The notes under the pieces were generated by a model, which was not told the origin of the DNA, did no database searches, and worked only from the letters and a program-made list of their open reading frames with translations. A stretch of 64,000 nt of DNA from the human T2T-CHM13v2.0 reference genome, Homo sapiens, in NCBI RefSeq assembly GCF_009914755.1, contig NC_060931.1. The stretch is one strand, 5' to 3'. Positions 1-12,900 of this stretch are shown piece by piece. Every line of letters begins with the position of its first letter. Position 1 is the stretch's first letter. A program made the position numbers and the translations under genes.

Positions 1-306
<306 letters not shown>

Positions 307-519
307 TTACATAACTTGGCTAGAATTCACCTTACATTTCAGGGAAATTTCATGCCGTTTACAATTCTAAGGACAATGATTATTTTAAATCTTTAGTAAT
401 TACTTAGGCAAGTTACATTTCCTATAGCAGTATTTGTAATAAAATGCAAACAGTTAGCATAAAATAGATTATTTTCAGATGGTGCATATGCATTACATAA
501 TTGTACATTCATTGATAGA

Positions 520-680
520 TGATAAAAATAATAACTGACACTTTACTAAGCCAGACATTGTTCTAATTGCTTTGTGTATATTAACTCAATTTCCTTTTCA
601 GAAACGATGGTAGAGAAAAGTTAAATTTGTGGCCAAGAGGTGACAATAGTAAGAGACACAGCGGGGGTTTAGCCCTAACT
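520..680 (-). mobile_element. MIR fragment
   Basis: actttactaagccagacattgttctaattgctttgtgtatattaactc resembles the MIR core. Confidence 0.55.
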
Positions 681-689
681 ATTGTGTTC

Positions 690-1095
690 TCCCAGATATG
701 CTTGCCTCATTTCTTCTTCGGTTGACTCTTAGGGTTGCATCCACCTAACCCTCCGGGGTTCTGGCTTCGGATAGTGTTTGATCAATGGAAGCAACAAAAG
801 AAGATTGGAGGACATGAAGACAGGTTACTGGATGATATTCGACATGAGCTGCAATCCTCCATCTGAGGTCCCAACTTTTCCAGAAGGCTTCTGTCCTGTT
901 GCGCTCATTGGATTCTGGTAAGAGGTCCCTGCATTTACCCTCTCAGGTTAGGGGTGCTAATATATTCCAACTGTGGACAGACCCTGGGGGATTCATCATT
1001 TCCTGTGGTTTCCCTACATTCTACTCACCATCAAATTGCCATCATCAAACTCTCTTCAATTATCCCTTTGAGTGTGACATCTATTTCCTTGTCTA
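690..1095 (+). mobile_element. ERVL-class LTR (LTR33-like)
   Basis: 3' end aaactctcttcaattatccctttgagtgtgacatctatttcct resembles the LTR33 terminus. Confidence 0.55.
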
Positions 1096-4000
1096 ATATG
1101 ATAATTAAGAAATAGGATAAATCTTTTATGATTTATCAACTAATGGCTAAATATGCAAAAGTGTTGCCACTTACTTATACTTTCCTAAACATCTGGGTAT
1201 TCTAGAAAATAAATTATACAGCTCTACTTCCAGGAGCAAAGAATAGTTCTGGAGGAAAAATTATTTATAATTCCCTGAATTTTGAGTGTGGACATTCACA
1301 AGACTGTAATCTTAGAAACATGGGTGGCAGCAAGCCTCCAAATAGGGATGCCTAAACTCTGACTTTCCTGTCATTTTAATATGTCTCAATCATTTTTACA
1401 TCTACATTCTGTCTAGTTTAATGCATCCAGATCTGTTTATACTTCAAATAAGAAAAAGAAATTCCCACGTAAGCATAGCCTATAGGTGAGAAAATTTTAA
1501 TTGTTAAAGGCACTACACATACTAAGACCTCATTTTATCTTTGAATAATATTAAATAAGACATCACTTGATTCCAACCTATGCAGTGAGTGCTAAAGCAT
1601 TATTTATATGGTTCTTTAAATGTGAAAGTTATTTGCTAAATTGCTGTTGTTCTACAAAACCAAGCTAGTCCCCATTACGTTTCGGATAACACATATTTAT
1701 TTTTCTGAATAGTTTCCTGTTTGTGTTACCTACCAACATAAATCAATGATTTGCAAAATTTGCTTTGCATTCATTGTTAATTTGATAAGAGGCATGCCCA
1801 TTTAATCTTTTCAACTAATAAGAATACACCTCAGTTTAGTTTGCTAGTTTTTTGGGTGGCTAAGAATAACCATCCAAATGTTTACTGTGCAGTCCAGACA
1901 GTGGACAAGCTACCTCAACAGACTCTGAATATATTTCACTACTGCATTTGCAAATAACTATCACTTTGCAAAAATAAGTTTTCATTTGGGTGTCATTTCT
2001 GGCAAAAATTTAAGGCTATATTTTCAAAGAGTAAAATTCTAGGCCTTTAAAATTCTACTGGCATCTGCCAACCTAAGCTGGACCCTCCTCTAGGTTTTGC
2101 GGAGCCTGACAGATGATTTCACCTTAGTCATTTTCTTGCCCACAGTCACGTAAGATAACTGCGAATTTGTTTTTTCCTTGTAGCATTATGGGATTCTCTT
2201 GAAGTGTGTGAAGAATAATGAGCTAAATAAAGAGGAAAAACAAAAGAAAACAAAAACTGCAGGGACTTTTATAACTATCATTGATTGCCAGCTTAAGCCT
2301 GCTGGACTCTTCACAAAACTATATATGCTTCAAGCTTAATATTTAATTTTGTAATTGGAACATTTATAATCATATTATGCATTTAATAAGGATGCTCTAA
2401 TTCAGATTTACTATTATCAGGAAATTAAATTTGGAGTTACAGTAATGCATGCATATATATGTGTGGGTGTGAGTGTGCATATACCTATATATGTATATAC
2501 ATATATAAAGTAAACGCCTTCTTTTAACGTGTGTTTTAAGTATAGCTTCCATGTCCTAGTTAATTCAGCACCCTCCCTTTTATCCTTTCCTTGCCATTGT
2601 CCTCTCTACTAGACTACAATAAAAACAAAAAACTATGAAAGTAAGCAGCTTATAATCATAATTTTAATCAATGTAGCCTATGCAAGCTTTAAGAAACATA
2701 CGTCTAACATCTTAGAAAGAAAGCTTATGAACACAAACAGCAGAATACTTAAATACATTTGAAACATTCACATTGAATTGATTCTACAAAATTTTGAAGA
2801 GCAACAGCTTTTGAATTTAGAGCTATAATCAGTACCCTAAAGTTTTTACCACTGAGTTACTACCTAGTAAAAATATGTTATATTTGCAATAAAAGTACAC
2901 ATTGTAAGGACATAAGAATTGTCATCAAGGTACACAAACATTTTAGAATTATTAAACATTTAAATAAATGGAAATTTTAAAAATAAAATAACAATATTAT
3001 CATACAAGTTAATGATCCAGTTTATTAATTTCTAATTCTATTGATAAAACAAGGGATTATTTTTGAAAGGGTTTTTCTATCTTTCATACAAACCCTTTCC
3101 AAAAATGTATAGATACAGTACGGATTCTACCTGATCATTCTTGTGCATATGGTGATGTAAGAAACCAAAAAAATGTAAATTATTTTCATAACACTGTGAA
3201 AACCAATATTTAAAAATACAGTGCACAATTAGTAGTGAGTAACATATATAAATTTAGAAATATTATATTTCTGTACACAATGTAACATTATAAATGAAAG
3301 CTTCAGGAATAATGAGCTACTTATTATTCCGGAAATTATATATCAAAAATTTCAAATATAGAGGAAAATTAAAAACCCACTCATGACCCATGAAAATTAA
3401 TAACCCATTCGATCATACACTTACCATGTAACTTTCTGTTAATTTGGTAATAAATAATGTCAAGAGATTTTAAATGAAAATACTTATTCTGAAACATAAA
3501 AACAACATCTGAGATGAGCACAAATGGATCAATAGATACATTATTGATTATTTTGTATCATAAAATACTATCTAGTACAACATTCTTTAAAAAATTCAAT
3601 ATTTTTATAATGTAAGTAAAACGGGAAGAACTGTTAGAGAAATGGGCATCAGATTTAGATTAATTCTGCCTCTAATGCAAATTGTAGGCTGAGCCCTATA
3701 TGTTCTTGACCATTCTAAGTTTTACTACATTAAAACACATAAAATATTCTGCGAGGTTTTCTCCAATGGGATTTTGAATCTCACTGATGACTGTGATTTA
3801 GGAGTAATGTAGAGAGTTTTGCAACTAACTTTACTTTACACCGTTACTCCTTTTCTACTTGGGGGTTCAGTTCAACACGCTAGTAAAAGAAATAGTCATG
3901 AGAGCATCCTAAGGAAAGTAGGCAAAATGTTAGTGCCTCATTATATTTACAATCTTTACAAAACATGTATGTCAGTAAACCATATTAACATCTAAAGCGC

Positions 4001-7000
4001 ATGATATGTAGAAACAAATTGTGACTACAAAATGTGTCTTGTTTCTTAAATATGCTAAATAGGAAATAAATCACATCTACTTCAATTTTTAATCTGTGGA
4101 CTTTGGCCTTAGTTTGTGTTTTATTTTATTTTTTTGCTTTTGATTTTAACCACTGAAATCATTTACCAATACCATAAGCCAGGAAATACAATGTAACTGG
4201 CCAGTTGAGAATTAAGCCTTCTCTTTTTATTATTACAATCAAGGGGGGAAATGCTTATATATCTTCCTGCACAAAATGTTTCATTTATCAAAAAAAAAAG
4301 TGAGAAAAATAAAGAAAATTTGGGTGAGATAAATAATCCACAACTATTAATTCAACAGATATTATTTAAGAAATTCCTACCTGTAATTTATTTTCTAATA
4401 TTTCTGCATCCTTAGTATTTATCGCTCAAAGATATTTGCAGCCCTCATAGCAGTGCTTGGAAAAGAGATTTGCTCTGAAAATTTAGAAATAAATTCCTGA
4501 GGTGAATACAGTTCAAAACTAAAATATATTGCTGTATTATATTGGTTTTTCTCATTTGAAATTAAAATCTAAAAAACCTTCATATTAGGTTGTGTGTGTC
4601 AAGCTGCCATTATAAAAACACTAAATGAATAAAATTTCGCAAGCAAGGCAGCATTATCAGGCTAAGTACATGTAGTGGGCTTATATATGGTGATGTTTTA
4701 CATAATTCAGCTATTAATTCATCTATAGATTTACATTAAGTGCAAAAAAAATGTAATTATTTCATTACATATGGAATTCACCTCCCAAATTTCTCAGAAT
4801 CTAAGAGAAAGGATTGATATTTTCTGATATTTCATTTTTGCTTAAAATTAAGTTCTTAGGATGTTTAGATTTTATTATAAATATTACAACTTAAATTCCA
4901 GAGTTATAATGAACGGTCTATGTTTTGAAACACAGAGGGAGAATGGGGTAATGACTGAAGTACTGTTTTTTCAGTTTATTAGTAAAGATCAGCTTATAAG
5001 ATGTCATTGTAAAGGTTTCTATTGATAATTACCATAAACAAAGATTAAAACTTTAAATACTAAGTTCTGGATTTCTAAGCCCGGTGAAAGTTTGTGCAAT
5101 ACCATGCCTTGCATTTATGATTTTTCTTTTAAAATGAACTATAAATGAAGAAATTTACACAGAATTGGAAACTATTCCTACTTTTATTTGCATTCTTCCT
5201 TCCATTCATTGCTAATGTTCAACAATAAAGCATTTTAATTCTAAAGGAATTGTTGCTTTTAACTTGAGTGTGATTATTTTAGATCACATTTTAGAGCCCT
5301 CATGTAGGTCAATGATACTTAGAATTTTTTATGTCAGATTACCATTTTTAAATGTTCACACCTAAAATTAGTCTACCAGTCCAAGATAAAGAATGGAAGT
5401 TTTTTTTTGTACTCCATTTGATTTGTTCAATACTTCACTTTAATCTTCAAGATCCAGTATATTATTTTTTAAATTCTAAAGCAAATGCTGAAAAGCCACA
5501 ATCCAGTAACACAGAAATGAATAATAACACTAATTTATTCCTTTCAGAAAACACAATGATTGAAATATCTTGGAAATATTACAATATCATACTGAATGAG
5601 GTTGATAAGGTATTACTCTGAGTTTAAGTTCCAACTTATTAAATGTAATATTTGCTAGTCATTCTGCATAGTCAAGCATATAGACAGACATAATTTGACA
5701 GCAAAGGTTTTATGACATAGTAGCTATAAATAAAATATTTGTAATTTTACAAGAATCTAATATGATTCAAAACCTAGTAAAGTCTACCTCCCCAAATCGC
5801 TCTTTTCTTTTTTGATGTAATTTCTATTTTTTATAAAATATGTATCATAAATTTGAATAGAAAATATCTAGATATGTACACTGTATAATCATGCACAAAA
5901 GCTAAAGTTCGATCAATGAATTAATTTTAGTTATTTTAACTAAAAGTGGGCAGTTTATTCCTACTACTAGATTGCTCAAAGAGCAACCAAATGTAATTGA
6001 AGCCAAGCAATTCACACTATTTATAGACATTTTTCAGAATCACCTGCTTTGTAGTGATTTTTTTCAGCAGTTGTAAAGTTTTGATTTTTAAGAGTCCCTT
6101 TGAAGACGTGGCAGATGTTGGCTTTGCTAATAATGCTGGAAAGCGTAGCAGGTTCAAAGTTACAAAAATGTTTAACACATATAAAATATAATGGTGTGTT
6201 TTTCTATTAAATTTGGTTATTTTCAATTGTCAATAAACTTACATAAAGGAAGCCTAAAGTCCATAAATATTTGCTTCCAAAACATGAAGCTGCTAGAGTT
6301 TGCATATGTGTGTGTCCATGTGCATTTGTGGAGGGAAAGTGCATAAAATATATGCTAGAGAAGCTTACGTATTATAGTTTTAAATCGTTACTATGAATAA
6401 AATTGTAAGGTTTATAAATATTTAAGCTGTTTTTCAATACTTTCTGGTGCTTAAAATTCTATTAGAATTTAACACGGTAATTAGAATTAGCACATACACA
6501 TACAGTCTAAGTATTAGATGCAGGGATACAGAATTTTGGTCCTGACTTTACCCTGGATTTATGTACTGAATTTTCTCTCAACCATAAATGCAAAGTAATT
6601 ATAAACTACCTAACAAAATACAAATGATCTCACTATATAGGATGACATTTTTATCTAATACAATTTTAAATTTCAGGAGTTCCGAAATCACTTCAATTTT
6701 ATATTTTAGAAATATTGAAATACTAAAATGTGCTATAAGCAATGAGAGATATACGTATTAATAGCATACCAGGATCATAATCATTTTCAATATTGTTTTA
6801 GTTTGTGCTAGATCAAGATGTCTATGAAATAAAATATCTTTGAAGATAATTTATGGAACACCTAATGCAATTGTTACACGAGAAAGATATCTTTAATTTA
6901 AATCTATCTCAATATCTGACAAATATACCTTCAGCTGAAATTGGCAAATAAAATTTTATTTTCAATAAGTGTACATAGATTTAAACAGAAATTATTGTGA

Positions 7001-7889
7001 TTTTCCTTTTAGTCAATATTTCTTCAAAATATCAAAGGAAAGAAAAGCTCATTCTAAATCCCCAGTATTTTTATCCTTGGTGATGACTAATTGTACTTTC
7101 CACTGAAGTTTTAATCTGTTAATAATTTATGTAGCTGACACAAACACTTATATTTGCTTGTTTTTCCAGTACCCTCATTATCAGCTTCAAAATGTAGAAA
7201 TGAATTTAATTTTGTTAAATGGTTATTTCCCACTAAGTTGGGGGGGAGAGATAAATTAGTTTTGTTAAATTATTCCATTTTTTAAAAAAATTATTAAAAT
7301 AAATTAAGGGAATCAGTTATTGAATTCCGTTTTCTCAGTTTTCCCCAAACAAAATAACATGTGCTTGTATGAAAATTGTTTGCCCTGAGAAACTTAAGGG
7401 CAATGGCTCAGTTCAGGAAGCATGAAGAACAATCTATCATGTAGGTTTCTCATTGCAAGAAATAAAATGAACCGTAAGAGCTTATGGGAATTGCAAGAGT
7501 ACGCTCATCAACCCGAACTGGGATCTGCTTCCAAAGTTACACTGATATCAAATGTTCAGTTTATGAAATTGTCACTGCATTCTAAAATCGACTGTTTTTC
7601 TAATAAAAATTGAAACCTTTTTGCTATGATTAACATTTCAACTCACTATCTAAAGAGAGTTTCACTTATAGTTAGGAAAATACATTAAATATCAGTGACA
7701 CTACTGGTAATTTTCTTATAAAAACTAATTTGTGATGGAACATTAAAAGTTCACCCCCTGACCTTGGAAAATAAAAGTTAGCTTTTGAGACCGTGACAGA
7801 AGAATCCATCCTATAGTAACGCTGAAGAACAATTGATATTGCTGTGAAGGGTGAAGGAATATTAAATATGCGGCCAATCATTTTCATTT

Positions 7890-8005
7890 ATGTGGCATCT
7901 TACCTAAAGCTTTACACACGATCAACATTTTTCCAATCCTTCAAACCAACATATGGGATTACCTTCTAGGACTATTATTAACCCAATTCCACAGAGGAAG
8001 AAAAA
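7890..8005 (-). mobile_element. MIR fragment
   Basis: actattattaacccaattccacagaggaagaaa resembles MIR. Confidence 0.45.
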
Positions 8006-9147
8006 TATGCAAATATTATATTAAACAAATGACACCTTCCAAAAGTATTTAATCCAGGTTGCACTATACCCACGAAAGAAAACTCACAAGTCTCTTAATT
8101 TTAAAGTATCTTTTAACAATTTTATAAAAATACAGGTAGGTAAGAGCTTTGAAAACTTGTCTGGAAACTTTGAGTTTCCCTGGATTGCTACAATTTATTC
8201 GGCACGTTGTGCCTTCAAGCACCAGAGGTCAGGAAGGTTCCCCTTTTGCATGGCTGCTCAAATTATCCCCACTGAAATCAGCGCCTCCTGCGCGCACCCT
8301 TGCATACCCCTTTAGACACGTATCTAACAGTACCCGAGTTGCTGTTGCTTCGCAGTATTTGTCTCTACTAATACCCACTTGGTAGAGGGATTTATTTTCC
8401 ACTTTTGAAACTTAGGTTCTGTAATTAGCTTACACCACATGGACATGTACTATTAAGGTTCGTCTTTCTTCCAGTGTGAGCATCTATTTATTTACAATTC
8501 TCTGACACATTCCTTAAAATCTGAATTCCTAGATAATGTCTTCTTCCCCAATAAAGGGAAAATTTTACCATTTGAAATAGGGTGCTATTTAAAGAACGCT
8601 GAAATAAGAATGTTAAAAAAAAAAAAACTGAAACTTTTTTTTCTCATGCGCTCTGCCAAGTTCCATTGCAAGTTCCAAACATTGTGCAATAATTTGGAAA
8701 TCCAGTTAACGATGGGAAAAATCGAGCCACTCAGAGTCGGGAACTTGCAAGAGAAAAGTCAAGAAGCGGCACCCGCACGCACGCCTGCCCAACGGACGCT
8801 GCATCCCTGGGCGCACGCCCCTCCCTCCCCAGCGCTGGGATGGAAGGTCACGCTTCACAATCGATTTCACAGCCACTTGTCCTTTTTTATCAACCTTCTG
8901 GTAAACTAGTTTAGGACTTTGGAGGGCTTAGAGCTGCTGGCTGTATACGCATTGCTCTCGAATAAACACGTGTCCCCAAATATCAGGACCAAAGCTTCAC
9001 CGCCGAATTTGGCCGCAGGAAGCCACAGAGGGCAACACATTCCCATCTTCCCTGCTGCCACCCTCCAGTGCGAGAATCTCCCCTAGTATCTCTCCGCCCC
9101 TTTTCCAGCCCGGCGCGCACTCTCGAGGGTGCCTGGCGCGCCCTTAC

Positions 9148-9664
9148 CTGAGCTGTCGCTTTTCCTCTTGCCGCCGCTTCGCTTCTCCGCCTCCGCAGGT
9201 GACAGTGCCTGGCGGCCGTAGTCCCCCGGCGCGCACGCGGCCCCAGTCGGGGTGCTGGAGCCCAAGCTGGAAGAGTTGGAGCACAGGACGGGCGGGCTGC
9301 TCCCCAACTCTGGGGGCCCTCCAGAGTCGGGCTGGAGGCAGAGGCTGTGCCGAGCCGCACTCGGTGGGGAAGACATCTGCGGGAGGTGCCAGTTGGTTTG
9401 CAGAGCCTGGTGCTGCTGCTGCTGATGGTGGTGATGGTGGTGGTGGTGGTGGTGGTGGTGGTGCCCCCTGTGATGCTGGCTGGCAAACATGCCCTCTTCG
9501 TTGGGGTATCCCGCGATTATGCAAGATGAGGAAGAAGTAGAGAGCTCGGGGTAAGACATATGGTCAGATCTTCCATGGAGGGCGAGAGAGGATTGGGAGA
9601 ACGGGTGCAAGCCTTGCGCCGTGGCGTGAGGGCTGCGCAGGCAGCCAAAGAGCGGGTGTTCCAT
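9148..9664 (-). CDS. MEOX2: MEOX2 (GAX/MOX2) homeobox transcription factor, coding part of exon 1 (172 codons + 1 nt); the homeodomain exons lie beyond the left edge of the window
   Basis: Translation [42 protein letters not shown]...[34 protein letters not shown]...GGKRKSDSS matches the MEOX2 N-terminus. ATG (9664-9662) has a strong context (GCTATGG). Canonical donor CAG|GTAAGG with GT at 9147-9146. Confidence 0.98.
9413..9463 (-). repeat. Coding trinucleotide repeat (CAC)9 CAT CAC CAC CAT (CAG)4 = His13-Gln4
   Basis: Read directly from the sequence: gtg/atg run at 9425-9463 and ctg x4 at 9413-9424. Confidence 0.97.
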
Positions 9665-9945
9665 AGCATGCAAGTTTCGGGTTCCAGGCAGAAGACTTCA
9701 CGGCGGTTCCAAAGGCCACCACCCTCTGTCACTTTTTCACTGGAAACCGTGTGATTTTTTTTTTAACCTCCCAAAGCAATAGCGGTGCACTTCTGCAGAG
9801 CTCGGATAATCCCGGTCCTGAGCCCCAGCGGCCAGTCTCCTTTACATATGAACAGTCGGACCTGGAAGAGCTTCCCTGAGCTACTCAGATGTCAAGAGTG
9901 GGAGAGGTTGAAGCCAAAAGAAGGTGGTCCCAGAGAACTGCTTTC
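9665..9945 (-). other. MEOX2: MEOX2 5' UTR (TSS approximately 9940-9950)
   Basis: Lies between the ATG and a point about 25-30 nt downstream (minus strand) of the TATA/MEF2 element at 9968-9977. TSS position is inferred. Confidence 0.7.
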
Positions 9946-9967
9946 AGGGGGAAATGGCTCTGAGAAG

Positions 9968-9977
9968 TTATAAATAG
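9968..9977. promoter_or_regulatory. MEF2 site overlapping the TATA-like element of the MEOX2 core promoter
   Basis: TTATAAATAG is an exact match to the MEF2 consensus YTA(W)4TAR, at the core-promoter position. MEF2 regulation of the Gax promoter is established. Confidence 0.8.
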
Positions 9978-12900
9978 AGTGTAACGTGAGCTGGGGGCTG
10001 GCTTAGGAGCCCAGAGTTGACCACATGCAAACTCCCTCCAAAACTCCCGCTCAGCCTGCGCCACGCGCTCCCAGTTCCACTTCCTATCTCCTGCTGGACG
10101 GACGTAGAGCGTCCACGCCCGCCCAGCACTGCCGGCTGCCAGGACTACAAGCGGCACGCCAACGTCTAAGTCCCGCCCGGGAGGGCAGCAGCTCTGCCCT
10201 CCAGACTCTGGAGGCCTGGGCGCGGCGCACACCACCCCCAACCTAGCACCCTGATTCCTACCTACTCACTTTCCTCTCGGGGAAACGTGACTTGTCAGTG
10301 TCATTTGGGAACTGTCACCTGCAGAAAAGCTAGGGATACGCCTATCCTTTCAGGAACACGAAAGAAGTAATAGGGTTAAAGGAAAAGACCAGAGCTAGTT
10401 TGGCGCACCCTCGAAGTTTTTCAAACTTTGCATCTTCCCGTGCCCCGGGCGCCGCAGCGCGCCTAGGTTTTCGCAGCTGGTTTCTGTCGGTGGGTTGTTA
10501 ATAGGCTGGGACGCCAGATCTGAGGTTGCGGGGATGAGCACCATGGCCTGGAAAAGGCGGTTCTCAGTGCAGAAAGAAGACGGACCTGGTTGGGTGGGTG
10601 GGAGGAAGGCGTGAGTCTGAAAGGGTTGCAGATGCCTGCTCCCTGGCATCCTCACGTGCGATGCCAGGTGGAGGCTCCCTTCCCCCTCTTTCCCGGTCCC
10701 GCTCAATTTCCTAGCCACTTGTCCACCAAGAAGAACTTTTCCTGGGTCAAGAATATTTCCAAGCGATTGTGTCCCGGTCATATGAGATGTGTAGATTGCA
10801 CGCGCATTTCTAGCCTTTCCCCTCAGGAGCTAGCCCAGATCTCCTCGGTTTCCTCCAGAAATCCACTCTCTTCTGCTCAAAAATAAATCCGCTAATGCAT
10901 TCCTTACCACCAGGGTTCCATTTACTGAGAATTCTTACATTTCGATAGCTCCCAAAATTCACTCACCGTGGGCACTTGGTTACAATTTTGCACCCCTGAA
11001 AATAAAATAGAAAACTCGCCTCTAGTAAGCATGCGAGAGCGAGGGCAGGGCTTTGAAGCTGCTACTTGCTTGGCGGGCGACAGGGTCCGCTGGGGGCAGA
11101 GTCGTTTACACACAAGTGAGTGGCGCTGTAATGAGCAGGAGGAACAGTCATGTCCCATCTGCGACCTGTCGCATCAGGAGAATATCTGTAGTCACCTATT
11201 CTGCCCGGGGCCCCAAATGCGCCACCAGCAGTGTCGCCCCGTTTTTTCATTGTCTCAGGTGTCCAGAGGATGATGACCAGGTCTTTGAAGTTGTTAGTGG
11301 GATTAATGGGTACAGCAAACTGGGCTAGACATCTGGTTTGAATTAGGAAAAAGCATTGATTAATCTTTGAGAGGTGTCCCCAAAGCAGAACCTTTCCCCT
11401 CCTCTTCCAGTCCCCTTGCTTAAGCCTCACTATCTTCTTTTCTTTTAAGTCACACTGCAGAATAGTGGCTTCGCAATAACATCCGTGTGAAAGATCGAAT
11501 TGTTTTCTATTGCTCAGAGGTGGGGTGGAGTGGGGGTTGATCAGGAATTCTGAGATTTGTAAGCGCTGCTTTCTTTAACGGAAATTGAGCTCTATTTTGA
11601 GGGAAATTAGTTTTGCAGACTTCGTTTAAAAAAAAAAAAAAACTAAATCTTTTGTTCACCAGCTGCTCAGCTTTTCAGTCTGGGTCTGAGCTGAAACCTG
11701 CTGCAAGTCTGACGGTAAGACTTTCTTTGCCGATATTTTGGGAATCTAATATTGTTTTAGACTTCGAAAAGGGGTGTTGTTCAGGTTGCACGTTTCTAGG
11801 GGCTTTAAGCACTCGCAGGATGGCGTCCAGGACTTAGATCTTGAGAATATCTCTTCCTGCCACTCCCCACGCCCTTGGCTCTTTAAGAATAAAAAGAGGT
11901 GGGGGAGTTATAGTCCTCCAATATCGTCGGAATATTTTTTTGTATTTTCATTGTGTTTATGGTTTCAATATGTGCTCTGATATTAAAAGTTAAAGTACAA
12001 AGAGCAACACTAAACTTCCCCAACTCATGTAGCTTCTCTATGGATTCTGGGTGAAAGCATTAAAGGCTTTATTTAAAGTGAGATTTAGGCAACCACCTCA
12101 ATAAACCTAACCAGAAATATTTACATAATATAATGCTGTCAACTAAAAGCATTGTGGAAAATGTCAGACAAGACAGACTAAAATTACTCATGATCTGCAG
12201 ACATCAGTACAAAACATCCACAACGGTCCTTTTGGTTTGCATTACATTGGTTTAGAGGAAGCTAAGCAATTACTAAATGAATGGATTTGAATTTAACCAG
12301 TGTGTTGCAGGTAACCAGCAACAAGCACACACAAACCTTTCATCTCCCGAGGCTGCCACTTCTTCTTAAACCTGCCCAGTGACTGTGCTGGATTTTTTCT
12401 CACTCACTGTGTCAGATGTTAACAACCTGTCCAGAAGTTTCTCTACAACCTGCCCCAGTCAGTCAGCCTCTAGAACTGTGGGGCCAGAAACCTGGGAAGA
12501 AAAATTTAAGAAAGGTTAGAAAAGGAGGAAGTCATTCCAAAGGCATGCAATGAAAACAAAGCTAGCAAGAAAGGTCTTTTTAATTGAAGACACAGAACAT
12601 TTAATATCAGCAAAAATTATGATGTCCAGTTTTCTTATAGAAAACAGAATATAAGGAAAATATTTGGAAGGAAAAAATGAAGGACTAAAAAGGACGTCTT
12701 GGTGAATTCCAGAATTAAATATAACTTTAATTTTCTCTGGATTTCTAAATATGTATTAATCATTACATAAAGATTTTTAAATTTTATTAGAATATTTGGA
12801 ATAAGATAGAATATTGAATTTTATGTTCTAGGTTATAGAGAAATTTTTAAAATGTAGTAACAACGGGAAAAAAATCCCTAGCATTTCCTATAATAGCTAC

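Larger units (their letters stand above)
8720..11260. promoter_or_regulatory. CpG island / GC-rich promoter region of MEOX2 (GC box CCCGCCC at 10172-10178; ETS-like CACTTCCT at 10078-10085)
   Basis: Sharp rise in GC and CpG density against the AT-rich, CpG-depleted flanks. Boundaries judged by eye. Confidence 0.85.

Noticed and set aside
8983-9540. Long alternative-frame and antisense ORFs over exon 1 (poly-Thr, poly-Pro/Ala, poly-Gly, poly-Val)
   Set aside because: By-products of the GC-rich exon and the CAC repeat. The two long sense-strand ones start at TTG with no in-frame ATG.
9665-9673. N-terminal extension MHA in the ORF track
   Set aside because: Starts at TTG, an artefact of the caller's alternative start codons. 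The true start is ATG at 9664.
10588-10610. Possible G-quadruplex (GGGTGGGTGGGAGG)
   Set aside because: Only three full G3 tracts; too weak to call.
9885-11430. Cluster of 70-130 aa ORFs on both strands upstream of MEOX2
   Set aside because: Expected from stop-codon scarcity in a CpG island; no recognisable protein similarity.
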